A DNA stretch of 64,000 nucleotides from Octopus bimaculoides (GCF_001194135.2 NC_068984.1:55061908-55125907), one strand, 5' to 3'. Shown: positions 1 through 13,515, counted from the stretch's first letter. The notes: generated from the sequence alone by a model not told the origin. Program-made: numbers and translations.

Positions 1-70
1 TGGATTTTTTTCAAACTCTAAAACTATTTTCAGTTTCCCAGATTAAAAAGAGAAAAATATAGGACGGGAA

Positions 71-489
71 NNNNNNNNNNNNNNNNNNNNNNNNNNNNNN
101 NNNNNNNNNNNNNNNNNNNNNNNNNNNNNNNNNNNNNNNNNNNNNNNNNNNNNNNNNNNNNNNNNNNNNNNNNNNNNNNNNNNNNNNNNNNNNNNNNNNN
201 NNNNNNNNNNNNNNNNNNNNNNNNNNNNNNNNNNNNNNNNNNNNNNNNNNNNNNNNNNNNNNNNNNNNNNNNNNNNNNNNNNNNNNNNNNNNNNNNNNNN
301 NNNNNNNNNNNNNNNNNNNNNNNNNNNNNNNNNNNNNNNNNNNNNNNNNNNNNNNNNNNNNNNNNNNNNNNNNNNNNNNNNNNNNNNNNNNNNNNNNNNN
401 NNNNNNNNNNNNNNNNNNNNNNNNNNNNNNNNNNNNNNNNNNNNNNNNNNNNNNNNNNNNNNNNNNNNNNNNNNNNNNNNNNNNNNNNN
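71..489. other. Assembly gap (N-run); other gaps at 7532-7579, 20610-20927, 33076-33883, 47161-47332
   Basis: Runs of n in the sequence, several bordered by (TA)n, (CA)n or (CT)n repeats. ORFs crossing them are artefacts. Confidence 0.99.
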
Positions 490-651
490 AGCAGGTTAAT
501 AGCTTTATAATATTCAAACTATGGCTGTAGAAATTGCTTCCCAAGACAAGCGGGCGCCATTTCTTAACATATTAATGTTCATAGCCCTGTGGCTCTTTTC
601 TCAGTTTTTCTACCTCTTTGATTAGATATTGCTAGGTAAACTGTACACCAG

Positions 652-693
<42 letters not shown>

Positions 694-2488
694 TGCAAAA
701 ACACCCCAAAGTATGTATTTCTTTAATATGAGCCCCATTTATCTGTGTCCAGCCTAGGTGCCTCCTATCTATATGTCTGATCTGACAGTGACTTGGATAT
801 TATGTGCTGCTCTATGTGTACAGGCTCTCCAATTTATTTAACATCAGATATATTATGTTAAAGTTGAAGCTTATAACATATGTAACGGACGTAATTATAC
901 CTATTATATTTTCCCTAACTTGTTTAATGTAAGTCTGACTCTACTGTAAAAGTCGTTTATAAAATTTTCTATCGTTTCTATGAGATTCTGAATATTTGTA
1001 TAGATAATTCTATTCTGAATTCATTGTATAGGTAATTCTATTCTGACACTTCGTTGTCTTTATCCAATTCAATGTATTTGGTTGTAGTCAATTTGTTGTC
1101 TTAGTTTATAGTAGCTTTGGCAAATTTTCCTAGCAGCATAACTCTTTTTATATTCATGTTGAATTCTTGAACCATCTGGGTATTACCCGTTTGTAGTTTC
1201 AACCATCCATATTGGTTGTTTGAAATACGTGTAAAATTTGCTAATTTCGAGGGTTTAACTTAGAAAATGTGTAATTTCAAATGTCGCCGAAGAGTAGCAA
1301 GAAAAAATGAATCTTCTAGAAGATTAATCTTGTTAAGGGTTGGCTTTAATGAAATTGCATTTGACCATCAACCGTATGATAATATACTGTTTCCACATGA
1401 CACCACTTCATTTACTGTAAGGTTTGGGATATGTTTAACTGATATGGAATGTCACTAATATCCAAGTCAGTGATTTGATATTAAAAGCTTTTCTCTGATT
1501 TTACTCCTTTTAATAACTGAATATTTGGACAGTAGCTGCTGTTTTCGTTAATGCATTTTTTCGGCACTCTTTCTACGATTTTCTTGAAAGATGTTACAGT
1601 AGCATTCCAACTAAGCTGTATACAGTCTGCTGTCGAGTAAAGATTAAAGAGAAATGTATGTCGGCAAAATAGTCATGGCTTACTTTTGGCGGAAATCAAT
1701 CCTGCGGTTATTTGTTGGATCGATTTGTTTACTAGTTTACCGAATGCAGTCGCCACATATTAAAAATTACATAGTAAGTTCTTCGGTCGAAGGCAGGGAT
1801 TATAAATCCAAGAGTTCTCCCGGGGTTGCATTCCGTATGCTTTTGATTGTGCTGACTCTGTTTATTCTATAGGTCATGCTTTCACTTCTGCAGGTTTTCA
1901 TATATAATGTTGCACTTGCTTCTGTAAATGAGCCTATAACGCTTCATTCATTCAAAGAATTTCTTTTCGCGAAGCACTCACATCTGCGCCTCGTTTTACC
2001 CCACTCACTTCACCGATATTCTGAAATCATTCATTTACTTTCAAGGTGTCCTTTTGTATTTTTATCAATGTGTGTTTTCTTATTTTATTTTTTAGCTTTT
2101 CATATAATTTCTTTTTACTTTGCTGACTAAGGTTGGGTTTTTGCCTATATTTTTCACTTTTATGCGTCATTGATTATTTCTCAAGAAAACCTCATGTATT
2201 ATGTAGTTATTATTGCTCTCTATTTTTTTTTTCATTATATATATGTTTTGATAGAGCTTGGAGAGAATGATTGATCTTGAGACTGAATAAAAAAATAATC
2301 TTACAGTCCCAGCCTCGTGTCCTACGCGTTTCCACGGATACTGAGCTTTTTCATTATCCAATTCCATTCTAATTTGTCAGTGATTCATGTAAGGAATTTT
2401 ATAGTAATCAAACACTACTAATGATCTCAGTATTATTATAGTTTCTTGTGAGACAGATCTATCTATCTATCTTTCTATCTTTCTTTCC

Positions 2489-2531
<43 letters not shown>

Positions 2532-2553
2532 AAGATAGATAGATAGATAGATT

Positions 2554-2948
2554 GGCGCAGATGTGGCTGTGTGGTAAAAAGCTTGCTTCCCAACTACGTA
2601 GTTCTGAGTTCAGATTCCACGCAGTGGAACATTCGGTAAGTGTCTCCTACTATAGCCTATGGCTGATCAAAGCTTCGTGAGTGGATATGGTTGACGGAAA
2701 ACTGAAACCAGCCCATCATATACACATGTATATATCTATGTATGTGTTTCTTTCTACTTGTGTTTGTCCACCATCGACGGTGTTGGTGTGTTTACGTCCC
2801 CGTAACCAAGCGCTTCTGTAAAAGGGACTAATAGAATAAGTAATAGGCTTAGAAATAAGGCTTGAGGTCGAATTGTTCGACTAAACCTCCTCGGTGCTCC
2901 AGCATGGTCACTGTGAAATGACTGAAACAAGTAAAAGAATAAAAGAAT
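2554..2948 (+). mobile_element. tRNA-derived SINE, near full length (CORE-like central domain)
   Basis: Head ggcgcagatgtggctgtgtggtaa with B-box-like gagttcagattcc, internal TATG/TG microsatellite, tail ctccagcatggtcactgtgaaatgactgaaacaagtaaaagaat. Sister copies at 7365 and 47810; the 7365 copy has accttgggcaagt, which resembles the CORE-SINE domain. Confidence 0.85.
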
Positions 2949-3136
2949 ATATATATATATATATATATGTACATGCGCACGCAAATACACACACAAACAC
3001 ACACACACATATATATACGCATTTAAGTAGATAGACAGATAGAGAGAGAGAGAGAGAGGGAGACAGAGATCGACTGAGAGAAAGATAGAGAGATATTAAT
3101 ACATAGATATGTGCACGTGCATTTCTTTTGCATGTA

Positions 3137-4030
3137 CGTGGTCTAATCAATATGTATCGGGACTGTTGCCATATTAACCAAGATAAAGCACGCAGAGTAA
3201 AGTCAATTGGCAAAAATTGACCTCAAAATCTGTTGAGCATGCGCATTAAGATTTAACGTTCTAGTCCACTTCCGCTGTTTACGGCAGTACTTGGAACGAA
3301 GGTGTGTGTAGCGTGCGATCGTCGCATTTGTCATGACAGAGAAAGTTGTCATGACGATACCTGCTCAGATGCCGACGCAAAGTTGCAGAAAGTGTTCGGA
3401 GAGAAGTGTATGAGCAGCACACAAGTGTACTGGTGTTTCATACATTTCCAAGATGGCCTACAAAATGTTGATATTGACAAACGTTCTTGGAGACCCGCAA
3501 CCAACAGAACTGAGAAAGAAACATCGCAGATGTGCGTACAGCTGTGAGGGAAAATCGTCGAATCACCATTCGTGAGTTATCAGAGGATGCGCAAATAAGT
3601 TACAGTTCAGTTCAGTCTATTATTACTGAAGATTTGGGTATGAATCGTGTACCTGCCAAGTTTGTGCCAGAACTACTTTCAGCTGACCAACATAACAATC
3701 GGGTTTCAGTTACATAAGATCTTGATTATGTCGAGAACGATGAAAACTTTTCGAAAACTGCGTAGGACCCTGAGCAGGTATCCCCAAGCTTTTGGCAAAA
3801 TGTGATGCAGATTCTTTGCTCAACATTTTCTGTCATGGTCAATTCGACTATCATACGCTACACACCTACCTTCCAAGCACTGCTGCAAACAGCGGAAGGT
3901 AGCTAGAACGTTAAAACTTAGTGCGTATGCACAAGGAAGTTTAAGGTTAATCTGTGCCGAGTGAATTTTCTCTGCGTGTCTTAGATTCGTTACTATGGCA
4001 ACAGTTCAGCTACTTATTGATCAGACCACG
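3137..4030 (+). mobile_element. Non-autonomous mariner derivative built from two inverted 5' halves
   Basis: TA flanks at 3135-3136 and 4031-4032; ends cgtggtctaatcaata / tattgatcagaccacg. Broken mariner N-terminal HTH frames on + (QKVFGEKCMSSTQVY..RSWRP; RENRRITIRELSEDAQISYSSVQSIITEDLGMNRVPAKFVPELL). A second transposase start MTENVEQRICITFCQKLGDTCS lies on - from 3836. Confidence 0.9.
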
Positions 4031-4615
4031 TATATATAAGTATGTACATATATACATATGGATTTAGCATTGCCTCGGACTAACGGCTTATGGCTTATTA
4101 CGTAAGTCAACAGACTGAATGAGCAGTTAGGCGAATTGAAAGGTCTAGTAAACAAGACCTTCACCATTAATTCGACTCTTACCTCAGTATTCGATGACAT
4201 CAACTTAAAATTTTCCATTATCACTTTTTATCTAGTCTTAATAACCATCATTTAATCCTTTGCTCACATTCTCACACACTCACCCATATATACAAATGCA
4301 ATTCTCTCGTCCTCACAACTGTTTGATACTTCAGTCTCTGCTTCACATTTATTGGCTTCTTTGATGCTAGAATCTAGTGCATTTTTTTCGAGCTATTTCT
4401 CGGTTATTCTATAGAAATATAATAATTGTCTACTTGTAAAAGCCTACCTCTCTGAATTTGTAGTAAATATAATCTTTCATCATCGACATTCGTGTGCTGT
4501 ATTTTGTATTACTCATTACTTTTACGTTTTGTTTTCCTGTCTAGTCTGGTTAATTCACTTTACTTTCTGCAGAGAATATAAGTGATAACTGGAACAACTA
4601 AAATACTGATACATA

Positions 4616-4616
4616 G

Positions 4617-4685
<69 letters not shown>

Positions 4686-4700
4686 AACACACACACACAT

Positions 4701-4750
<50 letters not shown>
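4616..4750. repeat. (CA)n-(TA)n compound microsatellite
   Basis: Read directly. Similar tracts occur throughout, e.g. 657-691, 8297-8410, 34240-34330, 40452-40575, 54275-54440, 63565-63720. Confidence 0.98.
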
Positions 4751-4752
<2 letters not shown>

Positions 4753-5454
4753 CTTATTATGAAATCATCATCATCCTATTCATAATCATCATCAGCATCA
4801 TTACTAGTATTATATGCATTTAGCTGTTTTAAGTTTTAATCTAATGCTTCTATCATATTATTGCTCCTAATCTTTCTAACTTTTCTCTCACTTTGAGCGT
4901 ACTTTATTATATCTAGTTAATTCATTCATAAATATATGTAAGCCTGCTTTTTGTCTAATGCATGTATCTCTGTATCTTTAAGTAACATTATGAATATCGT
5001 TTACTAATTTTTCTCTGTCTTCAAGTGCTTATTTGGAAACCGAATTTCACAATAACGAATTTTTTACTGATCCCGTGTGCTATATGGAGTACTATTTTTC
5101 ATCTGAATCACACATCATTATTGCTGTAAAAATGGCTTTATTTCGTAATGAAATGATGCGTTGCTTTTGCATATGGAAAATTTTCGCGAGGTTTTTTGAA
5201 AATTTTGTGAGCTTTTGATTTTCATGGATATGTGAACTGTATGTCTAAGTGCTCTTGGACTTATTTTTACATGAGATTGTACATACTTTTATATGTATCT
5301 ATTATATACATACATAAATGCTATTTGTATACGTAACACTCAAACACCATTATACTAGTCAGCGAAAGCCTCTATGCATCATTCGACCTTAAAAAAAAAT
5401 GACAGCCTCATTTTGCATATATTAGCCCTAATCGTAAACAAATATTAAGAATAT

Positions 5455-5822
5455 ATTCTTTTCTACTCTAGGCACAAGTGGCAGTCGATTAGATCGAGCC
5501 CAGTAAGCAACTGATACTTAATTTATCGACCCCAAAATGATGTAAGGCAAAGTAGATCTCGGCAGAATTTGAACTCAGAACGTAAAGACAGATGAAATAC
5601 TACTAAGCATTTCACCCGGTGTGCTAACGTTTCTTATTTCTTCGTTGCCCACAAGGGGCTAAACACAGAGGGGACAAACAAGGACAGACAAAGGGATTAA
5701 GTCGATTATATCGACCCCAGTGCATAACTGGTACTTAATTTATCGACTCCGAAAGGATGAAAGGCAAAGTCGACTTCGGCGGAATTTGAACTCAGAACGT
5801 AACGGCAGACGAAATACCGGCA
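5455..5822 (-). mobile_element. Tandem (dimeric) tRNA-derived SINE, second family
   Basis: Two consecutive copies of the reverse complement of gttctgagttcaaattccgccgaggtcgactttgcctttcatcctttcggggtcgataaattaagtaccag. The central block resembles the Deu/Nin-type SINE domain (from memory). Confidence 0.85.
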
Positions 5823-6296
5823 TGAATTTCAATATGATTTGTTTATGAAATAGTAAAATACTCTGTTGTATTTAGGGAGAGTGATTACGCCAGATACAAA
5901 AACGAAGTAGTTAACTACTTTTTATCTTTTATTTGATATATGCTATCCTTGCTCGAAATTATTGTAGAGTTGTTAATGTAGTGTAGCTTTTCCCGAGCAC
6001 CCTTTTGTCATGATTCTTTGGAAGGTGTGGGTACGTTGTCTGCATAATCTAATATTACCTTTCGTTTTTGTACGTCGTAGAATGTGAATTTGTGGAAATT
6101 TAGCTACTATCTCAAACAAGTCATTGGCTCAGAAAAGGTTACAGTTTTCCCTTGAAGAATATAGAAGCCGATGTTTTCTCCCTCTTTTTAAAAATGGTTC
6201 CAGAAGTGTATATTTTTCTCGAGTAATTGAAACACCATGTATTTTCATTAATCTCATTAGAAATTACATTGTGCATAATTACACGTAAAGAGAGTA

Positions 6297-6537
6297 CAGT
6301 AATCCCTCGCCATATCGCGGTTCACCTACCGCGGTTTACCTATTGCGGTTTATTATTTAAGTTTACGTCGATTCCTCTGTGGTATTGTTTTGCATTTATA
6401 AAAGAATAAATAAATAAATACAAATTATAAAAAAATAATAATAAGATATGCAGTACAGTATTGTTTCTACTTCGCCGATTTTCACTTATCGCGGGTGGCT
6501 TTGGAATATAATACCCGGGATAGTCGACGGATTACTG
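6297..6537. mobile_element. Tigger/pogo-type MITE (241 bp)
   Basis: TA target duplication at 6295-6296 and 6538-6539. TIRs cagtaatccctcgccatatcgcgg versus reverse-complemented end cagtaatccgtcgactatcccggg. AT-rich non-coding interior. Confidence 0.85.
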
Positions 6538-6976
6538 TACTACATTTTCCTGGGTATATCATGAAACACACGTTTGACCTGTTTGACAAGTCTTTATAAT
6601 TATTTGTCTATTTTCTCGGATTCTTTTATAAATCTCTTCGTTATTGTAGCCACCTTATAAATAATAATCATTTACATATCCGTTGCATAAGCATTACCAT
6701 AATATTGCATATACCTCTTATCAGAGCAATCAGTCATAGAATGATAACTGTTATTTGTGTAGTCTCTTTTTTATAACGATCCTTATTTTCCTTGCTACTG
6801 AGTATTAACAGGTGTAAGAGATGTAAGAAAAATATTCATACCTCATGTTCTCCCCTAATACTACAATGGCGTTATTGCTGTTGCTTTTGTTTATATCAAA
6901 TATGTCAAATCTGATGAAGCCGACATATGTTCAAAGGCACACAAACCGTAACCTCCACAGCTTTGTATGGGTATCT

Positions 6977-7011
<35 letters not shown>

Positions 7012-7364
7012 AGTGTAGCATAGTTTTCATAAAGCATTGTATAAATATATTAATAGTAATTTTTAACAGGCACACCAAGCTATTTAATAAAACTGGTTCA
7101 TAGTTTTACCTGGTATTTCAATATTGCAGCGTTAGGATCCCTTCCTAGAACCTAGTCTTCCTAATTAAAACTTGCATCTCTTTACTATCTGGTGGGGATG
7201 AGAAAAAAACTAGTTTGAAATATGCATTCATCATTGGCATCATTGCATTACGAATAGACGCGACTTTGAACTGACTATTGTGTTTACACATTATTGTCTC
7301 GAAAGAATTTTTTTTTCTACATGACAAACTGCTCCGCCTATATATTCATGACTGTAAACTTGTC

Positions 7365-7520
7365 AGAAGCTTGCTTCCCAACCACATAGTCCCGGGTTCA
7401 GTCTGACTGCGTGACACCTTGGGCAAGTGTTTTCTACTATAGCCTCAGGCCTACCAAAGCCTTGTAAATTCGGTGGATTTGGCAGCCAGAAACTAAAAGA
7501 AGCCCAACGTATATATATAT
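7365..7520 (+). mobile_element. SINE 5' portion (same family as 2554)
   Basis: gcttgcttcccaaccacatagtcccgggttcagtctgactgcgtgacaccttgggcaagtgttttctactatagcc; runs into the TA repeat and gap. Confidence 0.8.
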
Positions 7521-7689
7521 TTATATATATANNNNNNNNNNNNNNNNNNNNNNNNNNNNNNNNNNNNNNNNNNNNNNNNATATATATAAATATTTATATA
7601 CATATATATATCACACGAACTCTCCCATCGTTAGACGACGTATGTGGGTTCGGCAATTTCTTACTGAACAACCACACAGATGTGGTTGT

Positions 7690-7910
7690 TCGGATGATTT
7701 GTTTATAATGATCAAATTTTTGTGTTCACATAAGCTCAGTACCTCCATCAAATAGACATTACCTGTACAGGTGCATCATCTGTCACGTATTAGGTGAAGA
7801 AATGCTCCCAGGGTAATGTGAAATGAAATGCTTTACTCAAGAACACAACGCAAACTCGCTCTGGGAATCGAACCCACGATCTCACAATCGTGAGTGCAAC
7901 ACTCTAACTA
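7690..7910 (-). mobile_element. Decayed tRNA-derived SINE
   Basis: ctgggaatcgaacccacgat is a reverse B-box; aaatgctttactcaagaacacaacgc is shared with the copies at 49265 and 50251. Confidence 0.7.
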
Positions 7911-8039
7911 CTATATATATATATATATATATACATGCATTTGTATGTGTCAGTGTGTGTGTATGTGTGTATGCATGTAGAGTGTAGTATTTCCGACCAT
8001 GGGTATTCAGTTGCCAGGTTAAGCGTATTATTATGTTGA

Positions 8040-8297
8040 TTGTATTTTCTTTCTATATCCTCCTGACATAGATTACAAGCGGGCTTAGTATGATATAGTG
8101 TGACAAGTCTGAACTTTTGAATTACATATCCAATCCATTCGACGGACTTTCACACAATTTACTGTCAACCAAGATTCACTCATAAAGCATGGTCTACTCA
8201 GGTTGATACGAAATTATCTACCCAATATGCTACGCAGTGCAATTGAACCTGGAATCTTGTTTGCAAAGTGAATTTCTGAACTATCAGCAACAGTGCA
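8040..8297 (-). mobile_element. Decayed SINE
   Basis: aattttactgtcaaccaagattcactcataaagcatgg..tgcaattgaacctggaatc matches the reverse complement of the 2554-type head and body. Confidence 0.6.
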
Positions 8298-8348
8298 CCT
8301 ACCTACCTACCTACCTACCTACCTACCTACCTACCTACGCATCTGCAC

Positions 8349-8413
<65 letters not shown>

Positions 8414-10589
8414 TATGTGTCTCTGTCGGTGCACGAAATCTTGTGCCTGCGTGTTTGTATGAACATAATTACACATTTATGCATACACGTGTACGTGATA
8501 AATCGTAGCTGATAGAGGTGCTAGATATCACAAGTAAAAATTAAACACAAATAAAAAAATAATAAATAAAATTGGAGATTAAAAACAATGACATAAAACA
8601 TTTCAATAAAACATTGTCCTAATTTGCTGAGCCGCAATGTTATTTTGTTATATTATTGTTATAGATCGATATGAATAGGTTTTTTAAAATGGCATTTGTT
8701 TTAAATAACGATAAGATAACATAATAAATTCAATCGATACACATAATGCTAGATAGACTTTCGGTTGAACATAGAATTTTAAAATAAACTTATTTGGAAT
8801 ATTATTATACTTTATGTCAGTGTATTAAATATCGATAAAGATTCTTTAGCAAAAATAGAGATAAAAACTTTATAACCTACTTGATATGAGACATGTCAAC
8901 AACGGAGCTTCTATCGAGTGGGTCGAACAATTTGTTAAAAACAGCAGTTAAATATCTCTCAAAATCTACACTAGTGTTAAAAACCAGAAGGATATATTTG
9001 ACTAATGTCATTAGACTAATTTTCGCGATAAGAAAACTTGATGGCCAAGACTGTAATGCAACTACACATAGGTCTGCTTGATCAGAATTAACTGGAAGCT
9101 AAATAGATAATATAAATACAAGGCATAGTATGTCTACAATAGGGAGCAAACAGCGCGTGCCTATGGGTGTATGGTTAAATCGTATAAGATTAAGAAGTTT
9201 ACAGTCACTCTCTGTGAGTAAATGGACCCTATGGTTTAGCAACAGAATTCTCTGCAATATGGACAAGGAAATAGTTCCGCAATTATCGACTTGTAATTTT
9301 CCTTTTTATCGATATCCATAGTATCGGCTCTAACTTGTTTGACAGTCAGAGGAAGCAACTTACAACTACTTACAATAAAGATTTGAGTAACAGGCATTGA
9401 CTTAAACCATTGATATACCAATACAATGACAAAGCACCTATTTCTTTTATTTTCTCACAAGGCGTGCTATTCTGAGGCGAAAGGATTAGTTTGTACCATC
9501 AACTTCTGTGTTTCACAGCTGGTGCATTATTTTATCGATCGTAGAGGAACGATACACTAACTCAAAATGTTAACAACTAATGTAAAAGAGAAAAGGGTAA
9601 GTTACGTTCTCTGATGTTTTAACAATTCTACTAGCCCACCGTCTACAACGTAAACAAAGTGAAATAATATATTATTTATGTCTATTACACATTCTACATT
9701 TTTCCACATACGATGTCTGAATACTTGAGCTATTTGATTCTAGCAGCAAATATAGTGATCTATTAGTATACATATGTAAACTCAGCATATGTAACAGGGA
9801 GTGATTTTTTAAATAAATAACTTTAAGACGCTTCCTATCTTTCTAGTATGAACAGAAATATATAAAATTTATAATGTTGCTAAGACTGAAATAGCCTCTC
9901 GAAAGTAGTCGAACTGATCTTGGGTTCATACCACAGAGATAGTCCTACATTTTAACTATATGATCTATATGCGTAGTGGGGCTGAATGTGTATTCATCAA
10001 ACGTGCGTAGGTGAATGTATCAACACTTTATTAGGTGTCTTTGGTAAGAAAATCGACAATTAAAATCAAGTACCAATATCTATGTGAAACATTATGAGAA
10101 AAAATATATATATATCATAGAAATTTTGGAAGTATTTCTAAAACTTTCAGTTCTATCTTTATTAACCTGAATCTCTCAATGCTTGTAACTGATATTACCA
10201 ACTGAAACACCCTATCAGATTGTTCGTATCTGTCTACTAAATCAAATACACTTTTATTATCAAAATAATGCTAAAGTGTAACGTGTTGAAACATCAAAGA
10301 TATCAGATGTTCAATGTACTTGTACAGAATCTAAACAGCCAATAAGTTACCATTCATGTTTATTCGAAGAATACGTTAGAAGCGCTTTTATCGAGTTGAG
10401 TACATTAAAGGGATTTTATAGGCTAGAATAACCATTTGTTATATAAACAAACACAAAACATCAGATCATATAGGTAGAGAAATGGGAAATCGTTATTTTC
10501 ATGTCTTTAGCAAAGGCATTAATATAGGTAGAGGAATGAAGCAACTCTAATAGATAACCTAAACTAATTGCGATCCTCCAAAGACTTAC

Positions 10590-10610
10590 CATTTGTTTTA
10601 TAACAGACAC
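10590..10610 (-). CDS. Candidate 21-nt micro-exon of an unidentified host gene
   Basis: On -: acceptor gaatttacttctatttgtag, exon GTGTCTGTTATAAAACAAATG, donor gtaagt. Open as (G)VCYKTN(G) or VSVIKQM. No homology recognised; could be chance. Confidence 0.22.
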
Positions 10611-12589
10611 CTACAAATAGAAGTAAATTCAAGGTATGCTCTCAACGCAGGATCTATGCTAGGCTACTTATTTTAATAGAAAAGTTATATAACAATATAT
10701 AGCTAAACATTAAATGATATTGTTTCACATGTATGTGGTATGTCTCTATCAATTTCGTATGTATGCGCTTATGTATGTGTATAACGTCGATGTACATGTG
10801 TTAACTTGTTTTCAGTTCTTTGAATATTCATTATTGCCAAGCAACTGGCTTTTAATTAAGAATGCAAAGGTCACCTCGTTCGAATTTATATTTAATAAAA
10901 ACAGCAATGAAGAGTTACATTGTATATTGCACTGCTCTGATTACACATTGAATCTAAAGAATTAAGTTGGCTACAACTATGTCTGAAAACCTGATTTATT
11001 AATAACGTGACCAAAATGATTATAGAGTTGGGGCGGCAAATGTAAATTCAAAAGTATCACACCCCTACATGTATGTGAACTTATCAACACCTCCGGTCAA
11101 CATATATCAATTAATTTTTCAAACATCATCAAAAGGTAGGTTATAAAGCTGGAGATTCAAGAGATTTAATGCGTTTTTGTTCAATAAAATTTAAAAGCGA
11201 TCTTTTGCTCTTGGCTTGAAAAAGATTTGGAGTTTTGCTCTATGCTTTTTAAAGTTAGACCAGCATGTTTTACAAGTTCTTTGAGATGCATTTCGCCATC
11301 AGTTATGGGATATGCCAGCATAAAATCCTTTCGGATTCAGGAGCTTAATACTTTGCTCTCCACACACTTTGCTCTGAAAACTCAAAATTCTGTGAAACAA
11401 TACCATACATAATTCGAAGTCTGTCTAACCGGATATGAACCCACTTCCTCCATTTTTTTCTAAATCATCACAATACCTTTAAAAAATTTCTGTTTATGTC
11501 AATATCTTAGAAATTTAAATATCTATGAAGATGATTTTTTTATAGTTCAATCAATAACCAGAGTACTACAAGACATGACACCGACAAAGCATTGTCCTTT
11601 TGTAAATAGATTCCAATTATAATATTTTTAAACGTTTCATTACCTTGACCCCAGAAACTTTGTGAGGTAGATTTTCATCAATTCCTAGGTGATCGAAGAA
11701 ATAAATAAATAAATAAACAAATAAATAAATGAAAAGTAAGATACAGGATACCACAGTCAATGTCTTTGCTCTACTATCAAGTTTAATATATCTTTTCACT
11801 ACATTCCATCTGTATATAAAATTAAAATATTTGGAAATATAACTTCTGTAAGTATTATTGTATTTTACAGGTGTAGAGAGCAGCGTATAACCACTAAAGT
11901 TTGGGAAGACAATCGAAGATGAGTTTAGTATCCGAATATTTAAAAACAAATACTGAAAACCTCCATGGAATATTCATTTCGAAGTAATTGTAATATCAGA
12001 GAAAATAATAGTGCTTTCGGTTATAAGCGTGAAGATGATTTATAAGGTTGTCACGATCCATTTAGTGGGGTGGTAACAAAGACAGAGAGTACTTTTTGTA
12101 AAAATGTAGTGATTCCATTAAATACGTGGAAAATAGAGTCAATATACGATTGTAATTAAAAGTTGCACTTCCTTTTATTTAATTGCTTCAATAAGGAATT
12201 ACAACGTCAGTCTGCTGACTCGCTTTACCATAAACATTGTCGCGTATTACATGCATACATGCAGGTGTGTTGCTAAGCATTTCGCGTGTTGTGCTAAGGA
12301 TTCTGCCAGCTCGCCGTGCAGTTTTTAGTTCTCCCCCTTTATGTTCAGCTTTAAAATACTTCTCTGATGAACATTGCTTTTGATCCTTCTGGTTGCACAA
12401 AAAACATTTCAAAACAATTACTGGGATGGATTGAAACGATTTTACTAGCAATTGACTACGCAATTCCGAAATGATTTTGGGATGTTTTCTCATTAAGGAC
12501 ACATGAAAGTGTAAATCATACTGATGTGAAAAGCACTGGTACCAGGTAGTACTACATATGTTTCATTATATCTGCTTACGCTAGTCTTA

Positions 12590-13170
12590 ATATTAATTTC
12601 ACATTCTGGCACAAGGCCAGAAAGTTCGAGGGAGGATATAAGCCGATTACATGGACCCCAATGTTCAACTCCTACTTATTTTATCGACTCCAAAAGAATG
12701 AAAGACAAAGCCAAACTCGGTGGAATTTGAACTCAGATAGCAAAGGCAGACCTAATACCGCTAAGCAATTCCGTCGGTTTGGTACCGAGTATGCTAACAC
12801 GCCGCTTTACACAAATTTGAATATTTGTTTCAAATTTTGGCACAAGGCCGTCAATGTCAGGGGTTGATTAATTAAATTACATCGACCCCAGTGACCAACT
12901 GGTATGTATTTTATGGATTCGAAAAGATGAACATTTGAACGTAATGTCAGAAGAAATGCCGCGAAGCGTTTTTTCCGGCACCGTAACGATACTACCAGCT
13001 CGCCGCTTTCACAAATTTTAATATTGGTTTCAAATTTTGGAAATCCCAGGGTTCACTGGTACTTATTTTATCTACCTCGATAGGATAAATGGTACAGTCG
13101 ACCCTGGCGGCATTTGAACTCAGAACGTAAAACGGACGTGCTAACAATTCTGCCAGCACGCCGGCTTATA
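12590..13170 (-). mobile_element. Three tandem SINE copies (same family as 5455)
   Basis: Repeated tttcaaattttgg...atttgaactcaga...ccagctcgccg units, separated by a related spacer acaaattt(g/t)aatatt. Confidence 0.8.
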
Positions 13171-13199
13171 CAAATCTTAATACTAACGAGATATGTAAG

Positions 13200-13515
13200 G
13201 CAGCGAGTTGGCAGAATCATTAGCACACTTGACATACTGCTTAGTGACATCTTTTTCGTCTTTACGTTCTCAGTTCAAATTCTGCCGGGGTTGAGAATAT
13301 ATATACCAGTGAAGCACTCGGGTTTATGTAACTCACTTACCCTCGTCCTCGAAATTGCTAGCCTTGTGCCAAGTTTTAAAATCAATATTAACGAGATATC
13401 TAAGACAGCGAACTGGCAGAATCGTTAGAACATCGGGGGAAAACGTTTTGTAACATTTCGTCAGTTTTAACGTTCTTAGTTCAAATTCCAACTTTGCCTT
13501 TCATCCTTTCGGAGT
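13200..13515 (+). mobile_element. Two tandem SINE 5' portions, divergent (head-to-head) from the array at 12590-13170
   Basis: ggcagcgagttggcagaatcattagc..ttctcagttcaaattc and acagcgaactggcagaatcgttag..ttagttcaaattcc, both preceded by the same flank aata(c/t)taacgagatat(g/c)taag. Confidence 0.8.

Noticed and set aside
2315-2360. Minus-strand GAAACGCGTA (palindromic stem III typical of Penelope hammerheads) and a possible decayed Penelope ORF at 700-2300
   Set aside because: There is no CUGANGA box (only TAATGA) and no stem II. The weak protein hints (SKFYT at about 1235, LESLYT at about 825) are spaced too far apart for a Penelope RT.
6911-6946. CTGATGA-AGCC...GGC hammerhead-like start
   Set aside because: It is followed by ACACAAAC rather than GAAA, and there is no stem I or III.
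11848-11870. 23-nt GT-AG segment gtaagtattattgtattttacag that looks like a tiny intron
   Set aside because: It is far below normal animal spliceosomal intron size, and removing it creates no sustained reading frame.
12590-13170. CRISPR-like or satellite array
   Set aside because: The units are about 200-bp diverged SINE copies in eukaryotic DNA, with no short constant repeats or unique spacers.
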